A stretch of 47,830 nucleotides of DNA, filler included, from Catajapyx aquilonaris (taxonomy: Eukaryota), in assembly GCA_000934665.2 (NCBI GenBank). It is 2 parts of 2 records of this genome, joined end to end, with 100 filler letters (N's around TTAATTAATTAA, not from the genome) between each part and the next. Parts side by side here need not be neighbours in the genome. Positions count along the whole stretch, not along the records: positions 23,943 to 47,830 come from JYFJ02005612.1; 1 more part is not named here. One strand, 5' to 3'. Numbering within the stretch: position 1 is the stretch's first letter; each line of letters begins with the position of its first letter. The notes under the pieces were generated by a model, which made no database searches, was not told where the DNA came from, and saw only the letters and a list, made by a program, of their open reading frames with translations. A program made the position numbers and the translations under genes. Positions 37,617-47,830 of this stretch are shown here, one piece after another.

Positions 37617-38265
37617 CTATACATTCTATGGCATGTTAAGTACTCCTCGAACGTGGAGGTGTCATTACTTACTCTCCAGTTACTTAGCAACTCTCGCAGT
37701 TTTTTTTTGCGATCACGAGCTCTTGATCGTACCAAGGCGTAGAGTGATTCCTACAGTTTCCAGGACTGGATGTTTTTGGGGTAAACAGGCAGCCAAATTC
37801 TCTTAAAAGACCTGTAGCACATTCATTTAAAAAATTAGCCTTGTCCTTGTCTATTCTTTGCTCATATTCTTTTAGCCAATTACTTTCAGCAATATGCGGT
37901 ATCAAATAGCTCAAATCGTACTCTGGGATGGTTAATATTTCTCTCCGCAATTCCCAACTTGCTGGTGGAGGTATATTGAGTGTTATTGCAATGCTCGCCT
38001 TGACCGGCAGATGATCTGAAATGTGCGACATGAGAATTTCCCGATCCCTCACACATGTCAATAGCGACTCCGACACAGTTACATAATCAATAACGCTGTG
38101 ACCTTGCTTACCTAGAAAGGTACAATCTCCCAACTTATCTGCAGGTAATTAACTGTTTAAAATACACAATGATTTTTCTTCCAATACTTTGAACAGTTTC
38201 CAGCCCTGTCTATTAATTACAGAATCCTTAGATTTCCTGGGTTGGAAAGAAGAGTTGTTATCTAA

Positions 38266-38551
38266 TAATTCATACCCCGTTATCAGCCGGTGGCTCTTTA
38301 TGGGGGGAGTTCATCCCAATTTTGTTTTGACTGGAACGCGTTGCTTTCATTTTACTTCGCTTTTTGGGATAGGATAGGAACGGAAGGCAGCGGCTGTGGC
38401 CTATTTTTATGGAAATGACCCCGGAATTATCCTGGTAGGACCGTGGGAAACCACAGAAAACCGCGGTCAGGGTCGCCGGCCCTGGGATTCGAACCCAGGA
38501 CCTCCCGATTAGCAGGCGGACTCCATATCCACTACACCAACCTACTTTGGT
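38266..38551 (-). mobile_element. tRNA-derived SINE, family B
   Basis: B-box GGTTCGAATCCC, GTTTTCTGTGGTTTCCC body, perfect 17-bp TSD GAAGAGTTGTTATCTAA. Confidence 0.9.
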
Positions 38552-38759
38552 GAAGAGTTGTTATCTAAGTTTATCAGAGCTGGGGTGGTTTGCATTTCAC
38601 CCATTCTTGAATTGAAGTCACCAAACATAATGATATTTTCACACACTTGCAAACGGCTGGTCAAACTCTGGAACAGCAACTCTACTAGAGACTCAATGTT
38701 GGCAGCAGATGGAAAGTACACCAAATTAGGACCACCGGACCCACTTCCGAAAAAACAAT

Positions 38760-39690
38760 GAATGGCCCTCTGGAACAAAAGCCCAAGTCCAGTCCAAGAA
38801 ATGGGTGGGCATGAAGGAAATATTTTTTTCCTGGGCATGGCAATGAGCCCTAGGCATTTGACTCCGTGAAACAGGTCCGTAAAGGCCACCCGAATATATG
38901 GTGAGATTCCCGCATCGATACAACAATCAGGGGAACCGTATTTTGCAATTTACTGATTTGGACTTGGGCTTTTGTTCCATAGGAACGGGGATTGCTGAAA
39001 ACGAATTCTGTTCAGTGGCTGCTAATATTAAACTTTGTTAAATTGATATAAATTAATATAAATTAATATGTATTATATGTATTAATATATTAATATAAAT
39101 AAATTATTATAACTTATACATTACGGTAATATATATTAATATAAATAAATTACTATAAAATTAATCTTAATATAGATTAATGTATATTAATATAAATAAA
39201 TTACTATAAAATTAATCTTAATATAGATTAATGTATATTAATATAAATAAATTACTATAAAATTAATCTTAATATAGATTAATGTATATTAATATAAATA
39301 AATTACTATAAAATTAATATTAATTAATATTAAACCTATTAAACTCAAACTAGCAGCTACTTTCAATGCAACAGCTAAATAATCCATGTTAATATTAGCA
39401 GCCACTGAACAGAATTCGTTTTCAGCGATCCACGTTCCCAAGGAACAAAAGCCCAAGTCCATCATTCCCAAGGAACAAAAGCCCAAGTCCAAATCAGTAA
39501 ATTGCAAAATACGATTCCCCTGATTGTTGTATCGATGTGGCAAAATCACCATATATTCGGGAGGCCTTTACGGACCTGTTTCACGAAGTCAAATGCCAAG
39601 GGCTCATTGGCATGTCCAGCAAAAAAATATTTCCTTCGTGCCCACCCATTTCTTGGACTGGACTTGGGCTTTTGTTCCAGAGGGCCATTC
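38760..39690. mobile_element. Non-autonomous element with ~270-bp TIRs and an AT-rich core containing a ~52-bp tandem repeat
   Basis: Termini GAATGGCCCTCTGGAACAAAAGCCC, 3-bp TSD AAT; splits the LINE APE domain. Confidence 0.85.
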
Positions 39691-40653
39691 AATAGAAACA
39701 GCAACATAATATGAGTCACTATCAATTAACGCTGGACACATACTACTACGCACACATAAGGCCTGTCCACCCGACGCTCGTCCTCTTGTAGCCCTCCGCA
39801 CCGCTGGGACTTGAAAAACTGCACACTGTGGCCAGATGTCATCCAATTTTAACTTCTCTGCCCAAGTTTCAACCACCCCAGAACATACATTGGGAAAACC
39901 CCCGTGGGACATGATTTGAAGCCAAATGTAGTACCAGTAGTAGGTGAGCAGTGACAACCACTTGTCACAGCATAGCAGGTGTTCAGTGGGAAAGAAGGGG
40001 TACACTACTATCCATTCGGCCTCCTGCTTGCAAGTTAGTACCGGACACGTAACATGGACCTGCTTGTTGTCGTAGTGTCGTGTAGTCTGCAGAAAATGTG
40101 AACAGAGTGTTAGTGTTGCGACTGTTGCCACTTGCCAGTAATCAAGATGCCACAGAATGATCGGTGCTGCAATCCCTTCAAACTCTCTCGGCACGGGAGA
40201 GGTGCAGGAAGATTGCCACCAGTTTCTCATCCACTTGTAAGACATTATAGAACAATTCCCAAAGGTTCTATGTGCTGTGCTAAGTGCTGGGGTAGGTTGG
40301 AATGCCGAGACCCTTTGCCACGTGGTAGGCCCATGTGGGAAAATGAAAAGGAAACAGATATTCTTTTTTACTCATCAGTGGATCACCATAGAACAAAAGA
40401 CGAACTGTGCAAAAGATTTTCTAGGGCGAGGACAATCTCTGTTACATTGTAATACCACGGTTTTATTCCCAACTATGAGAAGAAGGACTTGACTGTGAAA
40501 AAATATTATTCTTTCACAAACTGTGAAGTATTTACCATAGCATAGTAAGAATAAATGAAAATTCCCTTGTCATGTTCAACAAAGTCTCAATTTGCGAAAG
40601 TGTCAAGTGTTAAATATACTGGATTTGTTAGAATAAAGTCCATGTAGCGTCTA

Positions 40654-41589
40654 GGGGAGACCGGGGCACAGTGGACCACTTTTGCACATTTGAATTTTTA
40701 TATACCTACCTGTTATACCTACACACCCCATATTTTCAGGCATGGTGGAGACACTCCTTGGTAATATAAGTCACTACTATATTCACAGGCAGTGCCATCC
40801 TTTTGGCTTTAAAAAAATTTAGAAGCGACCCCCTGCAAATGGTCCACTGTACCCCGATAGGTGGGGCACAGTGGTCTGGAAGTGACTGGGACCCCTAATT
40901 CACACAAGAAGTTTATTATCATTGCCTAACATTTTTTTTACAGCTGTTCATTTTGAGGACTGTGTCAACATCACAGTTTTGCCCCTTTTTTCTACCTAAT
41001 TCACATTTTAAAAATCATTGTCTCATTTTTTTTTTACAGTTGTTCATTTGGAGGGTGGTTTGTCAAAATCACAGTTTTGCCCTTTTTCTACCTAATTCAC
41101 ATTTTTAAAATAATTGTCTCACATTTTTTTACAGCTGTTCCTTTCGGGACACAGTGTGCATTTCGGGGCACAGTGGTACATGGACCACTGTGCCCCGCAA
41201 ACGACTGGACCACTGTGCCCCGGACAGCAGCAACTGACATAATGCTATGATTGTAACTTCGATTGCAAGTTAGGCTTACCAAACTTGCGGTAATTCATGG
41301 GCAAAGGGCGGCACTATTCCACAATATTTTTATATCAGGCTCATGCCCAACATCTACGCCTGAAGTGGCATTTAAACTGTGGGTTAGTAATTTACTTCAC
41401 TTATCTTCAAATCGATTTCGCTAGATATCTATCGATCGATCGATCGCTAGCCGTTGCCAGCCATGTTGGCAGGAGCATGGCAGTGACTTGTTTCACTTGG
41501 TACCAGATGAAAAAAATTTGGCGGCTTTTTCGATTTTTAAAATGGAAAGGTCCACTGTGCCCCGTGGTCCACTGTGCCCCAGTCTCCCC
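40654..41589. mobile_element. TA-flanked non-autonomous DNA transposon (Tc1/mariner-pogo superfamily-like)
   Basis: TIR GGGGAGAC(C/T)GGGGCACAGTGGACCAC, TA on both sides, internal GGGGCACAGTGG motifs in both orientations. Confidence 0.85.
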
Positions 41590-42010
41590 TACTTTATATT
41601 TGTTTGTTCATTCCTCTATTCCTTCCTAGTCACAGTCCAAATGAATGTTCACTGTTGAGACTTGTATGGAATTCCTTGCAGCTCCATATAATAATAATAA
41701 TATGCAACAATTATGGTGATTGGTCAATGTATCATCTGATTTATGAGTGTCTTTTTTTTGAACCTTTGCGAAACAGTTTGTTATCACAAATCCCAAGAGT
41801 GCCGCCAGATAAAATACATACATTATTTGCTTCAATGCCGGCACCGGCCATAAGCCAGATGTATTTCTTTTTTTCGTCAGCTGTCGACCTTCTGAACCAT
41901 TGTGACATAATACTTAAATGAGGGCTAACATTTATGTATCAGATTACGTCATGTGAAGGGGAGTCTTACTCCCTAATTGTACCCATCAGGGTGAAAGGGA
42001 GTAATAAAAG

Positions 42011-42036
42011 TATTGTATTGTATATTGTATTGTATT

Positions 42037-42077
<41 letters not shown>

Positions 42078-42353
42078 TCATACCCTGTTATCAGCCTATC
42101 AGCTCTTTAGGGGGAAGTTTTTTTTGTTTTGCCTGGAACTCTTTGCTTTCATTTTACTACGCTTTTTGGGATAGGATAGGGACGGAAGGAAGCGGCTGTG
42201 GCCTATTAATTACGGAAGCAACTCCGGAATTTTCCTGGAAGGACCGTGGGAAACCACAGAAAACCATGGTCAGAGTTGCCGGCCCCGGGTTTCGAACCCA
42301 GGACCTCCCGATTAGCAGTCGGACGCCTTATCCACTATGCCAACCTGCTTCGG
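42011..42353 (-). mobile_element. SINE family B with (ATT)n/(TACAA)n tail
   Basis: Same head and tail as the 38266 copy; microsatellite at 42011-42077. Confidence 0.85.
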
Positions 42354-42397
42354 TCTTGCAGCTCCATATGGGGCACTGCTTTCACTATAATGGAGTT

Positions 42398-42679
42398 TTT
42401 AAAATTTATTATTTATTATTTATTTATTTATACCCCATTGGGAAAATCCGCACTCCATTAGGTGGGTGGAGTACCACCATTGGGCATTGGATGGGGCCAA
42501 GGATAGGGAAGGAAGGAGGCGGCTGTGGCCTATTATATGGAAACAACCCCGGAATTATCCTGGGAGGATGGTGGGAAACCACAGAAAACCATGGTCAGGG
42601 TTGCCGACCCCGGGATTCGAACTCTTGACCTCCTGATTAGCAGTCGGGCTCCTTAACCACCACACCAACTTGCTTCAGT
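42398..42679 (-). mobile_element. SINE family B with an alternative tail
   Basis: Same head; TSD CACTATAATGGAGTT at 42383-42397 and 42680-42694. Confidence 0.88.
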
Positions 42680-43196
42680 CACTATAATGGAGTTGCAGTT
42701 CTGCACCTCTCCATATCAGTGATTATAGCTCCGTAACTATTTCGTATGCCAAAATTCCGTTTGTATGGCTGATAGAGGACACTATGAGGAGTTTTTTGAT
42801 ATCAATGTGATGACATTTGACTTTGACTCTTGTTTCGAAAATTTCATTTGTTTGCAAAATTCTCGCTTTTTGCCATGAATTTGCACATCTGTCAGGTAGT
42901 TGGCATTTTTGTTGAAAAGAGGAGACAATTTCACACGTGAAACATGTATCACATCATTCATTTACGTTGTCGTGTAAATGTAATAGGGGTGCGCATCTAA
43001 CTGTGATCAAATTACAATTTGCACCTGAAGAGAGGCAACCACGTATCAGCAGATCAAATCCTTATGGGAAAGGTCCTAACACGACCTGGGCCTAAACATA
43101 TCTCTCACTCATCGACGGGCAAATTTTTTCGTGCAAAAGGTGATCACATTCACGTGGAATTGCCATATGGTACTGTTTATAACTATACAAGCCGGC

Positions 43197-43594
43197 ACCG
43201 AAGCAGCAGTAGCCGAGGGGATTTGGTATCCGGCTGCGAATCGGGAGGTCCAGGGATCGAATCCCCAGGCCGGCAACTCTGACCGTGGTTTTCTGTGGTT
43301 TCCCACGGTCACCCCAGGTGAATACCGGAGTTGTTTCCTAAATTAGTAGGCCACAGCCGCTTCCTGCCTTTCCTATCCCTGTCCCATACTGGAGGAGGTG
43401 CGGCGTTTGCGGGAGGTCTCTGCTCCGCATCTAGAGGGTCGTCTTGTCAACCTAGCCCTCTGAGGGACTGCACACGTCCTCCACCATGAGACATTGCACT
43501 TGCACCACTGTCCCCCCCTCTAATCCCAGCACTGGAGAGTCAGAAAATGGTGGAAAAATCTCCCCCCTACATAGGCCAGAAGGCCTCAAGGGTG

Positions 43595-43621
<27 letters not shown>
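43197..43621 (+). mobile_element. SINE family B, long variant with (AAAT)n tail
   Basis: Perfect 18-bp TSD ATAACTATACAAGCCGGC at 43179-43196 and 43622-43639. Confidence 0.9.
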
Positions 43622-43625
<4 letters not shown>

Positions 43626-43633
43626 CTATACAA

Positions 43634-43912
43634 GCCGGCGCCGGTGGACTGGTGGTTAGCGTGCTCGCCTCTGGTCCCAAAGTTGTGGGTTCGAACCCGG
43701 CTGAGGTAGGTGACTTTTCTCCAGGTGGTAGAAAAGTGAGAGTGCGCCTTTCTTCGGAGGGGAAGTAATGCCGGCAGTCCCGTGTGCTTGTGACATTGCG
43801 CAAGTGCACGTTAACGATCCCTAGAGTGGCCAAATTTTCAGGAGGACGACCACCCCCTGGCATCGGTGTTGATCGTAGCGGCAGAAATAGGCCGACGTTA
43901 AGCACTCTAAAA
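43634..43912 (+). mobile_element. tRNA-derived SINE, family C (resembles tick Ruka-type SINEs)
   Basis: A-box TGGACTGGTGGTTA, B-box GGTTCGAACCC, body CCCGTGTGCT...GTGCACGTTAA...CCC..GTGG.CAAATTT, tail GACGTTAAGC. The Ruka resemblance is from memory. Confidence 0.75.
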
Positions 43913-44357
43913 ACATAATTGTGTGTTTGGACTCACGAGCTTTGTGACAGATATGTTAGTACAGTATTTGAATATTTTGTTAGTGTCAATTTTTTCACTT
44001 TTCAGGTTTAACAAAATATTCAAAGGTATTTTTGAAACTGGAATTAATGTGGAGAGGTGTGGGTTCCACATGTATATGTGTTTTAAATATTTACTAATGA
44101 TATTGAATCTTTCATTTAGGTTTACTGGCTGAAGAATCACGAGCCTATCAACCAGCAGGCCTGCAGAATGGAACATAATGGCAGATCATATACTGTCATC
44201 ATCAGTGTTCAAAAGAGTGATTTCAAAACCGACAGCTGCCCTATACCAATAATTCTTGGAACAAAGTGTTGGTGTCATCGAATTCTCAGGTATGGTTAAA
44301 AAATTTTAAATGTGGGTAATGACTGTGTGCACATTATTATTATAATGGTTATTTTTG

Positions 44358-44503
44358 GGTTCTCTCCATGTTCGCATGGGTTTTCTCAGGGTTCTCTCGT
44401 TTCCTCCCACAATCAAAATCCATCACAGTGCAGGCAATGATTAAAGTTGATGAATGAAAAGACGATCCCCTAAGAGGCCTAGGAGACCTACCACGGGGGT
44501 ATC

Positions 44504-44576
<73 letters not shown>
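44358..44576 (+). mobile_element. 5'-truncated SINE with a V-domain-like core and a long (ATT)n tail
   Basis: GTTCTCTCCATGTTCGCATGGGTTTTCTC...TTTCCTCCCACA core; TSD GTTATTTTTG at 44348-44357 and 44577-44586. Confidence 0.65.
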
Positions 44577-44879
44577 GTTATTTTTGCAATAGGACACCAA
44601 AAAATCCTGCCACTGATAAGCAAATCTAGTCGGCATCGTTGGCAGTAGAAGCGGACTTTTACTGGTAACGCTATATGTACGTATTGCTCTATTATGTAAA
44701 AAACTATGGTGAATTTCTCAGGATTCGTAGCCAATTTTAGATTTTTATTGTCATATTCGTGATCAGCACATTGAAATCATTAATAAATGTCTACGTCAAT
44801 ATCAGAAGTTTGACTTTTGTCAAAATTTGTTGCCCAGTGATCATCAGCGAGGGGTGGTAGATGTCATTGAGACTTTGGT

Positions 44880-45960
44880 TCGGCAAGTGTGCTTCTTGGG
44901 AGGTCAGCCACCATTGCTTGCTACTGTCCTTTGACATATGCAATGCTTTCAACAGGCTGCCGGACACACGCGCATTCTCTCCCATAGTCCCACTTGCAAC
45001 ATCTGGGTTTCCCGAGAGATCTTGGGCGAATTGTGGAGGGATTCCTGGGCCATGGAACATCACCTTTCAGGAGATACAGAGGATCATAGATTGAGGCTGC
45101 CCGCAAGCTTCTAGCTTGGGCCCCATTTTGTGGACAATCACAATGGAGTCGTGGTTCAAGGGTGTACATGGTATGACTGTCTTTCCTCAAGCATACGCAG
45201 ATGACCAGATTTTGTTGCTGACTGGCCCCTCTGTCAAGAAATTGGTAGGGTCCTGGAGGTGAATGGAACCCTTCCTTCTTCGGCTCAGGATTTGGGCCTT
45301 ATAAACCACAGAAAACGGAAGCACTTTTCTTCCCTGACATTCTATCCGAAAGCGTCTTGTCATCACCTTCTGCAGCACTTCTGTCACCATGGGCTAGACT
45401 GCCTATGTTTTGGGACTCCACATCGATTGAAGGCTTTCCTGGAACCCCCACATGGTGGGGACTTCAGCTAGAGTGAGAGACATCTCCACTAGACTGGCGA
45501 GTGGTGGGACTCAATTGGAGACTCGCTTTGCTTCGCATCGTAGGCACAATCCTTTTGGCACCTAGATCTGAGGGCACTGGACCAAACACTGTGATCCTCT
45601 CTTGCCTTTAATCAGCCCTGCAGCCCTTCCTCCTGGCTGCTACTAGAACCTACAGAACTACCCCTAACAACCCAACCTCCTTGGCCGATTGCTTACCCCG
45701 GAGCTGCCGGCCAGGATCATCTGGGAGTCGAGGGATACCTACCACCCCCACGTGAGGGAAGGGGTATCATTGCGTCTGTTCAGTCCTGGTGACCTGCCTC
45801 CTCCGTGGGAGTGGGATAGGCCAACAATTTATACCTGGACGGGATTTCTGGAAGGCTGTGTGGACATCCTCTTTTTCACCGATGGCTGCGTTACAAGGGA
45901 TAGCTCTGGTGGGGGCATCATTTGCATGGATGAGCGAGGGGAGATCAAGCCACGGACTGC
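44880..45960 (+). pseudogene. Degenerate R1/LOA-like non-LTR RT plus RNase H fragment
   Basis: LLSFDICNAFN, GCPQ..SLGPILW, QAYADDQILL, ILFFTDGC..SSGGG; many frameshifts. Confidence 0.75.
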
Positions 45961-46335
45961 GTCCCCTCATTGCTCGGGTTATGAAATACTTTTCTATGTA
46001 GGTCATTGATTTGGTAGTAACCTTTGAAATAATTATGGCTATACAATGTTGGCATACCTGTTACATGGAGCATATTGCATGACTGTGCATGAAGTCCAAA
46101 CACCAAACTGCGGATGTCAGATTGTAAGAGAGTACGCAATACGCCTTAAAAATCCAGCAAAAGTTTATAATGGAAAATTGAAGGTTGTGCAGTAAATGTA
46201 GGATAGCATTGAAAGACCGGCACCTCTCTCAGTCATTCCCCAACCCCAAAATGGCCAATCTGGCCTGGATGACTGTGCCAGCAGGCAGCTATGGGGTCGC
46301 TGGAGAACTCAAGGCCCACCACCACGTTAAGGTTA

Positions 46336-46843
46336 AGGGGGCGCATTAGTAAAAATACGGTAGGTGCATTTTTGAAGGAATTTTATATTTTTGTGGCGAA
46401 ACGCACCGTTAATCGGAATAATCACGAAGAAGGTGCCCTGGGTCCTGCGCAAAGGTTTGGCCTTTACTATATGGTACCATACTCGATATGATTGCATTAA
46501 AATTGTGGACATATGGACGCAGAAGCGTTCCCGAATTTGTCGCGTTCCTGCCGCCATGTTATTCAAATGGGCTTTTCGGGAACGCCATTTTCCTTTCACT
46601 TCAACTCGATGAAAAGGTCACTTCTAGGCCGAAAATGGTCAAATGACGACGAAGGTGCCCTGCGCCTGATCATGTCCTATTTTTTGGTGCAATTTCTGTG
46701 TCCATTGCACCATTTTTGCGCCCGTACGGCCGCAGAAGCGTAGACATGTCGAATCCCCATATGCTGCCCATGCATAAGCGAGTTTGTTTAGGTCGTCGCC
46801 AAGAGCTTCATTGTTACCGTATTTTTTTTGCTAATGCGCCGCT
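46336..46843. mobile_element. Probable MITE with ~28-bp imperfect TIRs
   Basis: GGCGCATTAG(T/C)AAAAA..TACGGTA at both ends in inverted orientation. Confidence 0.55.
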
Positions 46844-47340
46844 CTAGATTATGGAAGTGCTTGTTGACCGCGATGGTACCGTACGTCGTTGCCGTGGGAA
46901 CGTGTTTTTTTTTGTTGTGTTTGTAATATAATGAAATATGGACAGTTAATTATTACGGAACGGGGATGGTGGGGGGGAGTGGGAGGGTGGGTGCATGGGA
47001 CAGGAGGAGGAGGGGGGAAGGTGGGAGGGGGTGATTCAAGGCCTTGGGCATTCAGTGGTTGCCTCGGTAACCCAAGACAGGTGATGTATACAGCCAATTG
47101 CTCATTATTAGAAGAGTGTTCCAAAGTTCTTTCCGCCTCCTGTGGCCAAGGATGACCTCGGAGGTAAATTCCAATGCGCTAAGAACCTTCCCGGTAAAAA
47201 ACTACCCCTGGTGATACCCCTGGGGCATATGTGGAGGCCTCCGTATGGATCTGTTTAGGTGACAGACATCCAGACATAGGTCTTGAAATATGTATTAGAT
47301 TTTTAAGGAGGTTGGCCCAGCATTTGCCATGCAACCTCCA

Positions 47341-47520
47341 AGGATAGGGAAGGAAGGAAGTGGCTGTGGCCTATTATACGGAAGCGACCCCAGAATTATC
47401 CTAGAAAGACCGTGGAAAACCACAGAAAACCACGGTCAAGGTTGCCGGCCCCGGGATTCGAACCCAGGACCTCCCGATTAGCAGTTGGACGCCTTATCCA
47501 CTATGCCAACCTGCTTCGGT
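47341..47520 (-). mobile_element. SINE family B head and body
   Basis: Near-identical to 42170-42353. Confidence 0.88.
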
Positions 47521-47528
47521 AGGAAAGT

Positions 47529-47688
47529 TATACTGTACTATCGGGTTCAAATACTTTTGGCCACTTTATCCTGGTCTTGAAGCAACCCTTCTCTCACACA
47601 CGCCTCCTTAACGCGGGGTCTGTGCGAAGGGTTGCTTCAAGACCAGGATAAAGTGGCCAAATGTATTTGAACCCGATAGTACAGTATA
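47529..47688. mobile_element. Hairpin MITE with ~63-bp arms, TA-flanked
   Basis: TATACTGTACTATCGGGTTCAAATAC...GCAACCCTTC and its reverse complement. Confidence 0.8.
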
Positions 47689-47830
47689 CGACATATAGTT
47701 TCATACACCCCGCAAACGAGCTTTATCCTGGCTATCCTAAGCAACCCACACGGCATGATAACAGACCCGAGTCAGCGGCAACAGGGCTTGGGGGGTTGGG
47801 CTGGCTACGGAACCAGGTGGGGGGGGGGGG

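Larger units (their letters stand above)
31597..39905 (-). mobile_element. Degenerate RTEX-like non-LTR retrotransposon (APE-RT-CCHC) fragmented by six insertions
   Basis: APE: VETW, RGRASGG, GDFNSRMG, SVIDY, SDHLPV. RT: PIFK..NYRPISL, FLDLSKAFD, GVLQGEVLSPILFN, YADS, YKYLG. The CCHC finger CEWCNLDLNMDLFHYMFVCP is restored by removing 31864-33147. A stop, stem-loop and (TAAAA)n tail follow at 31670-31597. The clade call is inferred from domain order. Confidence 0.85.

Noticed and set aside
43488..43505. U1A-binding heptamer ATTGCAC in SINE bodies
   Set aside because: Only 7 nt, not consistently in a hairpin loop, and altered in the 28720 copy; likely coincidence.
44349..44734. Poly-Asn and poly-Ile ORFs
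   Set aside because: Translations of the (ATT)n SINE tail.
27488..47520. tRNA genes at the GGTTCGA B-box sites
   Set aside because: No complete cloverleaf; each continues into a repeated SINE body, and most have a tail and TSD.

Overview
Eukaryotic (animal, most likely arthropod) genomic DNA in two very different halves, separated by a 100-nt scaffold gap at 23843-23942. The left half is gene-dense with mostly short introns. I could assemble in-frame spliced models by hand for TMEM267 (-), RPS19 (+), a 4-exon MAPEG/MGST3-like gene (-) that the ORF track does not show and that appears to have lost its glutathione-binding residues, CNK (+), two tandem Popeye-domain genes (-; one POPDC1/BVES-like, one POPDC2/3-like, in the same order as vertebrate POPDC3-BVES), a WCPPC nucleoredoxin-like gene with a probable GC-AG intron (-), and a U1 snRNA gene (-). 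The right half has no recognisable host gene. It holds a ~166-bp tandem array with an internal inversion, mariner, gypsy and R1/LOA-like relics, many MITE/foldback elements and tRNA-derived SINEs. It also holds an RTEX-like LINE broken by six insertions, whose 3' stem-loop architecture recurs in SINEs with unrelated heads. Family assignments rest on remembered motifs, not on database searches.
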